From Paragordius varius (taxonomy: Eukaryota; Animalia; Nematomorpha), in NCBI GenBank assembly GCA_964247055.1, contig OZ176050.1, forward strand, positions 5,456,001 to 5,520,000: a stretch of DNA of 64,000 nt, in the 5' to 3' direction. The notes beneath the pieces are model-generated. The model did not search any database and was not told the DNA's origin. It saw only the letters and a program-made list of their open reading frames with translations. Below, piece after piece: positions 34,201 to 47,500 of this stretch. A program made the translations under genes and the position numbers. Within the stretch, counting starts at the first letter, position 1, and each line of letters opens with the position of its first letter.

Positions 34201-36683
34201 ATTTTTTAAACTAAATGGTAAACCAGTTTTTAGCCGGATTTACATGCGATCCGCAAAAATTCATCGGACAGATTTAGAGTATAAATATGTGCATATGTGT
34301 TAAATAGCTATGGAATATTTGCCATTATAAGGTTCATGGCCCTCGAAAAAAATATATATTTTATTTGGCCCGTCAAATTTTTTTGGTGAGTACCACTTTT
34401 ATATACTACATGTAAAAAGCAAAACAATATTTTTAAGTTTTTATTTTTAGATATGGGCGCCGAAACTATCAAATTTTTGGCCCCACATCAAATAAGCTGT
34501 TTTGTTAAAATTTTAAAAGTGCTGAGACTGCGCAAGGAATTTCAAATATATACTGAAATATGTCAATAAAAAAATTTTTTTTCTAAAATATTTTTGTCTA
34601 AAAAGTTTATTTATAGCATAATTTTTTTGAGGCGAATTTTCAGTTTTTTGAAGCATGGTCGACACGGTGTATTTTAAAATTTTATAAAAATATATTTTCT
34701 ATAAAATCAAGCGTGTTGAAAGTTTAAGAAGTGTTTGTCTTTAAATACAAATAGATTATTTTGACAAAAAAATATTTAAATGACACTCAGACGAGAAAAA
34801 TATTCAATAATCGAAGAAAAGTTTTTTTATAATATCGGATTTTATAACGTTTTTACTATACTTCAAAATACTAACTCGCTTTAAAAAAAATTGTTTTAAA
34901 ATTTTAAAATATCCATTTTAAATTCTATATACCATATTATATTATATTTAAAAAATTAAAACGAAATCTTGGCATTTTTGCGTTTTATTAAATCCTACCC
35001 TATTTTAGAGGTAAGATTATTTTTTATATAAATATCATTTTCTTTTCATAAATAGTTTATGATATATTTTTTTGTATAATGAAGCATTTTGCATCAATTT
35101 ATTTTAGCAAAATGTGCGCACATGTCATTTTCTGATATGATTTTCACAAAAGTCCTAATAACTTTCTTATATCACTTGTAAAATTTTACCCAAAGCACCA
35201 TGAGAATTTTGATTCATGTATCAGAATATGAATTCAACAGGACTTATTTATACCTTCAATTTTGTACACTGTGTTATAATAATCGCAGAATTTTTTGTAT
35301 GTAACTTTGAAATATACTATTTTCTTATATTAGGGAAAAATTGAAATTATATTTGTTTTTTAAGCTAATAACTGACTATTAAATTATATCTTACGCATTT
35401 GATGCAATTATTGTGTATTGCATAAATTTTGGTATTTTGTTGGAATGTAAGATATGGTAGACATCAATTTAAAATAAAAATTTTTCTTACTAAGTATTAC
35501 GCTATATACTGGAGCTTGAAACTGTGTTTGTCTTTTTATTATATTTAAATAAAAGCCGGTTTTGGCCTTTGTTGTCCGCATATACAATCTTTGCTTTCAA
35601 GTACAAACATTCATCTTTTTGATATCTTCATTATCATTTATATGATGTCGAAATCGGCTCCATACTTCTCTATTAATATACAAACCCGTATCTTCCAATG
35701 AGCTTTTTGAAATAAACATCTTCTAACCGAACTAGTATACCGATCATCTGGACCTTTCCTATAAAAACACCTAGTTTTAATTTTATTAAAGACTCCCGTA
35801 TACTTAGTAATTCGTAGGCATCTTTTTAATTTACAATGTATTTTTATAATAATATATATTAACAGAAATAATAATTGAAATTGATTTCTAAAAAGAGTGT
35901 CATGATGCTGATTATAAATTATATATTCTCAACCTTATGGTTATTATGGGGTCGTGCACTCTATATAAATCGATTTCATCGTGTCCCCTATTTTTGGTTG
36001 TTTAAAAAGACAAGAAAAGCAATATTATGTTCAGTATAAAATATCCATTATTATATTTTATCACATACATGTATGCCTATCAATATTTCCACAGCCCATT
36101 TTCCTATGTCACGTTCACAAATAACTCAAAATAAATCATTTTGTGGAACCAAATGCTTTTAAAAAAAAATTTCCTCTAATTAAAATTTTTGGTTTTTATT
36201 GTCCACTGGCTGCTAAACTCCACTATATTTATTGATATACAAAAATCCTATCAATTAGAGTAAGCATTTCTTATATAAATCAATACTATCTTACAATATT
36301 TAAAGATTTACTCCACATTTAACCATTGCAAAATTGTCAAAAATAAGAAAGCTAAATGATCGGAAGCTTGTAAGATACTTTGATGAAGAACATTTCAAAA
36401 TTTATAAGGATGTTGTATTTGGAACAGAAAACGTTAATCACTTATATTTCTCAAGTATGGGGAGAATTGGGCCTAATGACTTCAAAAAGGATGATATCCA
36501 AATAGATGGTTACTATCACAATATTCACAAATTATCATTAAGTATTATGTTTTTTTTTCATAAAATTTTTTAAACAAATTGGTTTACATTATTTTTATAT
36601 CAGAAAATGAAATTTATGATGAAACGACCGATGACATTTACGATACCATGGAAGAAATATTAAACAAAATTACATTAAAATGA
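31286..36683 (+). CDS. AKAP7-like: AKAP7-like 2H phosphoesterase (2'-5' RNA ligase-like fold); start codon not located
   Basis: Exons ..31359, 31383-31507, 31530-31678, 31700-31796, 36306-36541, 36604-36683 join in phase. Protein: ITHFISIPI..KLHVTLLLF..FQIRFLGLNTFRKNVLYANL..FTPHLTIAKLSK..FGTENVNHLYFSSM..DGYYH. Both HxT motifs are present. Confidence 0.85.
31972..34398 (+). mobile_element. Decayed hAT (Charlie/SPIN/Buster, GTF2IRD2-like) DNA transposon
   Basis: TIR CAGTGATACTC../..GAGTACCACTT with perfect 8-bp TSD TTATATAC (31964-31971 and 34399-34406). Lies in the AKAP7-like intron. Confidence 0.88.
32480..34140 (+). pseudogene. Frameshifted hAT transposase
   Basis: Fragments in shifting frames with stops: FKKEWEEKFF, FSNAIDSSTD, CTDGCPSMIG, SFHCVIHQ, LYTAVRWLS, STYTWETSY, RNRLTDNHVDDVLRLA. 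These match the DESTD/TDGA/HCIIH/RWLS/STY..E/R.RL hAT signature series. Confidence 0.85.
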
Positions 36684-38058
36684 TACTATTATATTATTTA
36701 TAATTAATATTTTATGACTTATTACAAAATATAATATGAATAATAAATAATATATTAAAATATATTTTCATCATATGTTTAAATAGCATATTAATAAAAC
36801 TGAAGGGTATAATTTATTCCTGAAAAATCTTTAACCTAACAATTAAAATATACTTTTTATTTAAATATACTTCAATATTTTTTATCTAAATATGATTCTC
36901 CACCGTAAATTTTTTGCTGCCAAATAAAAACTCTTTGAAAATAATAACTAATTATTAACTTCAATCAGCTGTTTATAATTATGAAGTTTTCTTAAATGGA
37001 GAGTATCATAGTATTTAATTATATATAAAGTCTGGTAATTAAACTTGAGCAGAAATACGCTTAAAATTACCACTTTAGGAGATGAAAGATATCTTAAAAT
37101 TTTTTATAAAATAATTACCTGTAATTGAGTATTATTATAATTCGGAGCTTTTTTTATTTTACCTCTTTAGTAATTTCTCATAAACAAAACATATTACTTT
37201 GAGCACCTATCTTTGAGTTTTAAAATTTAAAAATATAACTTAAAAAATTATTTTTTTAATATTAATTTTAACTGAAATGATTAAATATTTAAATATAAAA
37301 TATATTTTATATCCATAAAATAGAATGAATTTTTGAGTCAGAATCAATATTTTGATTTCATATAGTTATTTAATCTAATTGGGGCATTCATAGATATGCA
37401 TTATATAACTTTTTGGGGCTTATTTAAAAATTTCAAACATGCAAAATTGCAAAAAATTAACATATCAAACTTGCTCCATATTTGTTTTTGAAAATTGCTA
37501 CATAACTGGCAATTATATTAAGTCAATATAATAAATTTATAATTTGATTATATTATAAATTTGACAAATTTTTATTAAATAATTATAAAAAACAGCTTTT
37601 TGTATCAATAAAAATTTAATTATAATATATAATAGCAAAAAATTTCCACTGGTTAACTCTGGGACAACAACACATGCATTTTTAACAATCAAAAGGAAGT
37701 GATATAAATTAAAAATATATTGGTGGAGGTAGATGTTTAAAGTTTTTTATCATCTTCAACAGCATTTTAAGGATACCACCTGTTTTGGGGCATGGATTAA
37801 TGTTTGGAAACAGGAACTGGCTTGGTTCCGATTGAAAAATCATTCTTATCTATGTGAAGGTAAACCGCAGGCGGGATGGTATATTAGGCAGGACATCGGC
37901 TTCTATACGCTGTGTTTGTGCATTGACAGAGTGTGACCCTAAAACTCAAATTTTTTATTATAACTGTCAGCCTTAGCAGGCGAGTGTAAAGCTTTTACAT
38001 TCCTGATACAATTTAGGTCCTTACTCTTCAATAAAAAGGGGAACAAAAGTCTCTAAAC

Positions 38059-38130
38059 CAGCGATACTCAGACTGCGCCCCACGGGCCGCATGTGCCGCT
38101 TTAAAAACGCTTTTTGAAGACCTCAATTAT
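38059..38130 (+). mobile_element. Orphan left end of the same hAT family as 31972
   Basis: cagcgatactcagactgcgccccacgggccgcatgtg resembles cagtgatactcaaaccgcggcccgcgggccacatgcg. No matching right end was found. Confidence 0.6.
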
Positions 38131-39601
38131 AAAAAAATATGGTTGCTTATAAATAATAGTTCAATTTTTAAGTGATCGATATTTTATTATTCTTCGGTTC
38201 CGTTTGATAGCTAAGTTTTTAATCAGCGATTTTATTTTGCCTCTTTTTGATTGTACGCATCTTGTTGAAGAATTTGTTGATCATAAGGATTTCATTTTAG
38301 AAAAAATATTTAAAGGAAATCCGAAAAGAAAAGGTATTGAGTGCTGACATGTGCCTTATAAATATTATGAAAATATAAACTGTATTGAATATCTTTATTT
38401 TGTATCAATTTACATCGTGGCAAAAAGAAATAAGTCAAAGGACATAGGTATATGACGTTTTGGCCTGTTATGATAACTAGATTTAAAAATTATTGGTTAA
38501 TATTAATATATCATTTTGTAGAAGATGCTATTATCTAAATCAGTGATTCCCAGCCTTTTTTATTCACGCCCCACCAAATGAACTTCGTTTTTCAATTTAG
38601 ATTAAATAATGTAAAATAAACCAATTATCAAATAATAGTAAACATTATGATTATTAAAATATATTTGAGGTCGTATTCGAATATTTCGAACCCCCTAGAT
38701 TTTTCTCCACCTTTGAGGGCGTTGCCCCCCATTTCGCAATCTAATTATTTGTGTAGAAGCAAAAAATGTTGGTGTGGTGATTTAGTTTATGTGTCTGTAT
38801 GTAGGTAGATGTGAAATGTTTGTCGGTATTATATTGTGTCCCTTAAGAAAAAAACGGTTATGTACTTCCCGAGATGTATATTTCCCACAAAGATACTCCA
38901 CATACCAAAGAACATCTTTACCTTATTAAACGCTGAAATGCTTTCGTGTTTTCAAAGACAATTAGACAATGTGAAATTCTCATATCAGCTCAAATTTCTT
39001 TCCCTAAAGATTCTGCAAACGATTTCAAGATGAAAGGTGAACCTTTCAAGTGAAATGACTTTGTTGGAGTTGGTAGTTCATATTTAATACTAATTCTTCA
39101 ATCTTTGGATTTAGGTATATTAAATATTTACTATTAAATCAATTTTTGGGAATGGTCGATGAATATAATTTACACCCATTTTATTTGAACTTTTCATGTG
39201 TAACCACATATACAATGGTTTGTATTTGTATTGCCCCCATGCATGCCACGGGCAATATCTAATGCGCTAATGCAAACGCAAGCCATGGTAGACTCCATTC
39301 TGACGAAACTACTTGCCAATCGTGATTGAACCGGGCTGATTACCAATCCTCGACATTTTTGAGCCGGATTATGCTTGGACAGATAGAATGGTTTGATTGG
39401 AGAGTCGGTAATATTCTTATAATATTTATTCCCATATCTTCTGAATTAAAGTACATAACTATTTTATACCATTCTTTGGAAATTTATTATTTGATTATAA
39501 TATTTACTTGAGTGGTTAACAACGACGGTTTATAACAACGGTTTTTATGTTTTTTTTTCTTTCTAATTAACCTTTTTTGCGATTTTTTCTTAAGTAACTA
39601 A

Positions 39602-41555
39602 TGACGTAATCTTACCGATAATTATTTGTAATGATTTGCAATAAATAGAGGTAATGGAGGTAAAATAATAAAAAACATATTTAATAAAAAGAATGCCTTT
39701 AATTATCTTTTACGGGTTTTTGCATAGGCTCAAATACTGTTTACTCGAATTTGACCTTATTTAAGCAGTCCCTTATTAAAGTTAATATTCAACTATCATT
39801 CGATTTAATTTAAGATTTTCGTTTTACAAAATCATGGTTAAAAGTTTTATTTTAAAATTGTGTTCACACAGCTGGGATCAAGGGATATAAAAAGGAACTA
39901 ATTTGTGGTCCGTTTTTAGAGGAAAGAATGATACATAAATTTCCCAGAAATGTGTTTAACTGAAGTGTATTGCTTCTTAAGTTTTTTAATCAGCTCCAAA
40001 ACATCGCCATTTTTGTATGGCGTCTCAGTTTTAAACCGGTGGACTCTTACCCATAGGCCTATATGAAAAAAGCGCTGAGTAAAATTATTTGCCTTTATAG
40101 CGCAAATATTTGGAATCATCGTCTCATAAGTTATTCGTAAAAATACCTCAACACTATATCATCGTTATATAATGGCGTATTTTAAAGCATTAAGTCCCCA
40201 AATTAACCGCTAATAAAAAAAACGCCTGACCTTTTTTACCTAGTTATGGGTATTTGGCGGGTAACTCCTTACCTAGGGGCAGGTATGAAAAAGCGTGGGC
40301 AAAATTTTTGTCTTTATATGGGGAATATCTGGAATTATCATGGAATCCAAATGTTCCATTACGACTCATAGTTTTCTGAAATTTGGCTCTAAAGGCATGC
40401 TGTATCGATATGGTGACACGGTTTTATGCGGGTGCTCCTTAACCAGGGGGGAAACACAAAAACGCTCGATTAAAATTTGCCTTAATTTGGGTAATACCTG
40501 GAATCATGATTGATTCCATATGCTCTCGTGGGATTTGCAAAATATTGCCTCAAAATAAATAAGTCATTCTATGGTGGCGCATTTTTCAGGTCAATGGCCT
40601 AATTAAAGGGTAATTTAATAAAACGGCTCAACTTAAATTTTTGCCTTTTTACGGGTAATATATCAAGCCCTTATTTAAATCATATGGCCTGATAAGTTTT
40701 TTAAAATTTGCCTCGAGCTGTATCGATATGGTGGCGCAGTTGTAGGAAGGTACCCCCTCTCTAAAGGCCAATATAAAAAGACGTTTGATAAAAAATTTTG
40801 CCATTATAGGGAAATACCTGGAATCATTCATTCCTTATGTTCTTAATAGTTTTTGGAAGAATAACTTTAAATACTAAATAATAGTTCAATGATAGCACAT
40901 TTTCTAGGGCGTAAAGGGCCTAATTAACGGCTAATTTAAAATAACGGCTCGACTTAAACTTTTGCCTTTTTACGGGTGATATATGACTTGATTAGTTTTT
41001 TGAAAATTCACTCCTAAACAAAGCAATTTTTAGATGGTGGCGCAGTTTTATGCGGGTAGCTCCGTACCCAAAGGCTGATACAAAAGAGCTTGATTTTAAT
41101 TTTTGACTTTTTGCTGAGACTACCTGCAATCATAATTACTTCCATGTGCTCTCATTAGTTTTTGGAAAAATTACCTCAAAACTGAAAAATCTTTTTATGC
41201 TGACGAATTTTTCTGGGTGTAAAGGGCCTAATTAACGACTAATTCTAAAAACCGCGAGAGCAAAATTTTTGTCTTGTTAGATTTCATGTTTTAGAGCACC
41301 TATTGAACTCATATGGCCTGATAGGTTTTCTGAAATTTAGCTCCAAAGGCATGCTATTTCTTTATGTCAGGGCAGTTTTTAGCAGGTATCGCCTTAAGCA
41401 GCCAATATAAATAAATGCACGACTAAAATTTTTGCCTTATAACAGGGAATACCTGCAATCCTCATTGAATTTTTAGGGTCTTGTAACTTGAGAGAAAAAT
41501 AGAGTAAAAAAATTAATTTTGTGGACATCGTTTTTTTTAAAAAAGGCTTACGGGG
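39602..41555 (-). mobile_element. Helitron-like element copy 2, with more internal subrepeats, truncated at both ends
   Basis: Colinear with 18260-19130 (e.g. ccgataattat..tttgcaataaatagag..cttttacgggttttt..ggctcaaata). It carries ~9 degenerate units with aattttgcct..ggaatcat at ~160-220-bp spacing and lacks the hairpin-CTAG end. Confidence 0.7.
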
Positions 41556-41568
41556 AATACTTATATAT

Positions 41569-44500
41569 GATTGGATAATAAATTTGATTGTTCAGAAGTT
41601 ACGGTTGATTGTTGAAAAATTCAATAGTTGATTGGATATTACAACTTGATTGTTGAGAAGTTAGGGTTGATTTTTGGAAATATTTATTTTTGATTGGGAA
41701 ATATAATTTGATTGTTGAGAAATTACGGGTCATTGTTGAAAATTTTCATACTTGATTGGAAAATATAATTTGTTTGCTGAGTAGTTACAGTTGATTGTTG
41801 AAAAATCTAATACTTGATTGGAAAATATGGATTTACGTTTGATTGTTTAAAAAAATAATATTTGATTATAAAATATAATTTGATTGTTTAGAGTTACGGT
41901 TAATTGTTGGTAATACTCATATTTGATTGGAAATTATAATTTGATTGTTGAGAAATTACGGGTCATTGTTGAAAATTTTCATACTTGATTGGAAAATATA
42001 ATTTGTTTGCTGAGTAGTTACAGTTAATTGTTGAAAAATCTAATACTTGATTGGAAAATATGGATTTACGTTTGATTGTTTAAAAAAATAATATTTGATT
42101 ATAAAATATAATTTGATTGTTTAGAGTTACGGTTAATTGTTGGTAATACTCATATTTGATTGGAAATTATAATTTGATTGTTGAGAAGTTACGGTTTATT
42201 TTTGGTAAAACTTATATTTGAATGGAAAATATAATTTGATTGTTGAGAAGTTACGGTTTATTGTTGGATATACTCATATTTGAATGGAAAATATAATTTG
42301 ATTGTTGAGAAGTTACGGTTGATTATTGGAAATACTCATATTTGAATGGAAAATTCAATTTGATTGTTGAGAAGTTACGGTATGTTGTTGGATATGCTCA
42401 TATTTGATTGGAGAATATAATTTGATTGTTGAGAGGTTACGGTTGATTGTTGGAAATACTCATATTTGAATGGAAATATTTTGATTGTTGAGAAGTTACG
42501 GTTTATTGTTAGATATACTCATATTTGAATGGAAAATATAATTTGATTGTTGAGAAGTTACGGTTTATTATTGGAAATACTCTTATTTGATTGGAGAATA
42601 TAATTTGATTGTTGAGAGGTTACAGTTGATTGTTGGAAATACTCATATTTGAATGAAAAATATAATTTGATTGTTGAGAAGTTACGGTTAATTATTGAAT
42701 ATACTCATATTTGAATGGAAATATTTTGATTGTTGAGAAGTTACGGTTTGTTGTTGGATATGCTCATATTTGAATGGAAAATATAATTTGATTGTTGAGA
42801 AGTTACGGTTGATTATTGGATATACTCTTATTTGATTGGAGAATATAATTTGATTGTTGAGAGGTTACAGTTGATTGTTGGAAATACTCATATTTGAATG
42901 GAAAATATAATTTGATTGTTGAGAATTTACGGTTAATTATTGGATACACTCATATTTGAATGGAAATAATTTGATTGTTGAGAAGTTACCGATGATTGTT
43001 GGATATACTTATTTTGAATGGAAAATATAATTTGATTGTTGAGAAGTTAGGGTTGATTATTGGAAATACTCATATTTGAATGGAAAATTCAATTTGATTG
43101 TTGAGAAGTTACGGTTTATTGTTGGATATACTCATATTTGATTGGAGAATATAATTTTATTGTTGAGAGGTTACGGTTGATTGTTGGAAATACTCACATT
43201 TGAATGGAAAATATAATTTGATTGTTGAGAAGTTACGGTTAATTATTGGATATACTCATATTTGAATGGAAATAATTTGATTGTTGAGAAGTTATTGTTG
43301 ATTGTTGGATATACTCATATTTGATTGGAAAATATAATTTGATTGTTGAGAGGTTACGGTTGATTGTTGGAAATATTCATATTTGATTGGAAAATATAAT
43401 TTGATTGTTTAGAAGTTACGGTTGATTATTGGATATACTCATATTTGAATGGAAAATTCAATTTGATTGTTGAGAAGTTAGGGTTTATTGTTGGATATAC
43501 TCATATTTGATTGGAGAATATAATTTGATTGTTGAGAAGTTACGGATTATTGTTGGATATACTCATATTTGAGTGGAAAATATAATTTGATTGTTGAGAG
43601 GTTACGGTTGATTGTTGGATTAACTCATATTTGAATGGAAATCATAATTTGATTGTTGAGAAGTTACGGTTTATTGTTGGATATACTCATATTTGAATGG
43701 AAAATATAATTTGATTGTTGAGAGGTTACGGTTGATTGTTGGAAATACTCATATTTGAATGAAAAATATAATTTGATTGTTGATTACGGTTGATTGTTGG
43801 ATATACTCATATTTGAATGGAAAATATAATTTGATTGTTGAGAAGTTACGGTTGATTGTTGGAAATACTCATATTTGATTGGAGAATATAATTGGATTGT
43901 TGAGAAGTTACGGATTATTGTTGGATATACTCATATTTGAGTGGAAAATATAATTTGATTGTTGAGAAGTTACGGTTGATTGTTGGATATACTCATATTT
44001 GATTGGAAAATATAATTTGATTGTTGAGAGGTTACGGTTGATTGTTGGAAATATTCATATTTGAATGAAAAATATAATTTGATTGTTGATTACGGTTGAT
44101 TGTTGGATATACTCATATTTGAATGGAAAATATAATTTGATTGTTGAGAGGTTACGGTTGATTGTTGGAAATACTCATATTTGAATGAAAAATATAATTT
44201 GATTGTTGATTACGGTTGATTGTTGGATATACTCATATTTGAATGGAAAATATAATTTGATTGTTGAGAGGTTACGGTTGATTGTTGGAAATACTCATAT
44301 TTGAATGAAAAATATAATTTGATTGTTGATTACGGTTGATTGTTGGATATACTCATATTTGAATGGAAAATATAATTTGATTGTTGAGAAGTTACGGTTG
44401 ATTGTTGGAAATACTCATATTTGATTGGAGAATATAATTTGATTGTTGAGAAGTTACGGATTATTGTTGGATATACTCATATTTGAGTGGAAAATATAAT

Positions 44501-47500
44501 TTGATTGTTGAGAGGTTACGGTTGATTGTTGGATTAACTCATATTTGAATGGAAATTATAATTTGATTGTTGAGAAGTTACGGTTTATTGTTGGATATAC
44601 TCATGTTTGATTGGAAAATATAATTTGATTGTTGAGAGGTTACGGTTGATTGTTGGAAATACTCATAATTGATTGGAGAATATAATTTGATTGTTGAGAA
44701 GTTACGGATTATTGTTGGATATACTCATATTTGATTGGAAAATATAATTTGATTGTTGAGAAGTTACGGATTATTGTTGGATATACTCATATTTGAGTGG
44801 AAAATATAATTTGATTGTTGAGAAGTTACGGTTGATTGTTGGATATACTCATATTTGATTGGAAAAAATAATTTGATTGTTGAGAGGTTACGGTTGATTG
44901 TTGGAAATATTCATATTTGATTGGAGAATATAATTTGATTGTTGAGAAGTTACGGATTATTGTTGGATATACTCATATTTGAGTGGAAAATATAATTTGA
45001 TTGTTGAGAGGTTACGGTTGATTGTTGGATTAACTCATATTTGAATGGAAATTATAATTTGATTGTTGAGAAGTTACGGTTTATTGTTGGATATACTCAT
45101 GTTTGATTGGAAAATATAATTTGATTGTTGAGAAGTTACGGTTGATTGTTAGTATACTCATATTTGAATGGAAAATATAATTTGATTGTTGAGAAGTTAC
45201 GGTTGATTGTTAGATATACTCATATTTGAATGGAAAATATAATTTGATTGTTGAGATGTTACGGTTGATTGTTAGATATATTTATATTTGAATGGAAAAT
45301 ATAATTTGATATTTGAGAAGTTACGGTTAATTATTGAATATACTAATATTTGAATGGAAATATTTTGATTGTTGAGAAGTTACGGTTTGTTGTTGGATAT
45401 GCTCATATTTGAATGGAAAATATAATTTGATTGTTGAGAAGTTACGGTTGATTATTGGATATACTCTTATTTGATTGGAGAATATAATTTGATTGTTGAG
45501 AGGTTACAGTTGATTGTTGGAAATACTCATATTTGAATGGAAAATATAATTTGATTGTTGAGAATTTACGGTTAATTATTGGATACACTCATATTTGAAT
45601 GGAAATAATTTGATTGTTGAGAAGTTACCGATGATTGTTGGATATACTTATTTTGAATGGAAAATATAATTTGATTGTTGAGAGGTTACGGTTGATTGTT
45701 GGAAATACTCACATTTGAATGGAAAATATAATTTGATTGTTGAGAAGTTACGGTTAATTATTGGATATACTCATATTTGAATGGAAATAATTTGATTGTT
45801 GAGAAGTTATTGTTGATTGTTGGATATACTCATATTTGATTGGAAAATATAATTTGATTGTTGAGAGGTTACGGTTGATTGTTGGAAATATTCATATTTG
45901 ATTGGAAAATATAATTTGATTGTTTAGAAGTTACGGTTGATTATTGGATATACTCATATTTGAATGGAAAATTCAATTTGATTGTTGAGAAGTTAGGGTT
46001 TATTGTTGGATATACTCATATTTGATTGGAGAATATAATTTGATTGTTGAGAAGTTACGGATTATTGTTGGATATACTCATATTTGAGTGGAAAATATAA
46101 TTTGATTGTTGAGAGGTTACGGTTGATTGTTGGATTAACTCATATTTGAATGGAAATTATAATTTGATTGTTGAGAAGTTATGGTTTATTGTTGGATATA
46201 CTCATGTTTGATTGGAAAATATAATTTGATTGTTGAGAGGTTACGGTTGATTGTTGGAAATACTCATATTTGAATGAAAAATATAATTTGATTGTTGATT
46301 ACGGTTGATTGTTGGATATACTCATATTTGAATGGAAAATATAATTTGATTGTTGAGAAGTTACGGTTGATTGTTGGAAATACTCATATTTGATTGGAGA
46401 ATATAATTTGATTGTTGAGAAGTTACGGATTATTGTTGGATATACTCATATTTGAGTGGAAAATATAATTTGATTGTTGAGAAGTTACGGTTGATTGTTG
46501 GATATACTCATATTTGATTGGAAAATATAATTTGATTGTTGAGAGGTTACGGTTGATTGTTGGAAATATTCATATTTGATTGGAGAATATAATTTGATTG
46601 TTGAGAAGTTACGGATTATTGTTGGATATACTCATATTTGAGTGGAAAATATAATTTGATTGTTGAGAGGTTACGGTTGATTGTTGGATTAACTCATATT
46701 TGAATGGAAATTATAATTTGATTGTTGAGAAGTTACGGTTTATTGTTGGATATACTCATGTTTGATTGGAAAATATAATTTGATTGTTGAGAGGTTACGG
46801 TTGATTGTTGGAAATACTCATAATTGATTGGAGAATATAATTTGATTGTTGAGAAGTTACGGATTATTGTTGGATATACTCATATTTGATTGGAAAATAT
46901 AATTTGATTGTTGAGAAGTTACGGATTATTGTTGGATATACTCATATTTGAGTGGAAAATATAATTTGATTGTTGAGAAGTTACGGTTGATTGTTGGATA
47001 TACTCATATTTGATTGGAAAAAATAATTTGATTGTTGAGAGGTTACGGTTGATTGTTGGAAATATTCATATTTGATTGGAGAATATAATTTGATTGTTGA
47101 GAAGTTACGGATTATTGTTGGATATACTCATATTTGAGTGGAAAATATAATTTGATTGTTGAGAGGTTACGGTTGATTGTTGGATTAACTCATATTTGAA
47201 TGGAAATTATAATTTGATTGTTGAGAAGTTACGGTTTATTGTTGGATATACTCATGTTTGATTGGAAAATATAATTTGATTGTTGAGAAGTTACGGTTGA
47301 TTGTTAGTATACTCATATTTGAATGGAAAATATAATTTGATTGTTGAGAAGTTACGGTTGATTGTTAGATATACTCATATTTGAATGGAAAATATAATTT
47401 GATTGTTGAGATGTTACGGTTGATTGTTAGATATATTTATATTTGAATGGAAAATATAATTTGATTGTTGAGAAGTTACGGTTGATTATTGGATATACTC

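Noticed and set aside
35100-35800. Plus-strand GPCR-like pseudogene (MSFSDMIF, FGILLEC)
   Set aside because: About ten stops in the frame and only chance-level motif resemblance.
37700-39500. GC-elevated patches with ORFs 37733, 38836 and 39326
   Set aside because: No recognisable domain in any frame; probably decayed transposon remnants, but not assignable.
1-41568. tRNA, rRNA, snRNA or SL RNA genes
   Set aside because: No recognisable conserved RNA motifs by eye; a covariance-model search is needed to exclude divergent ones.
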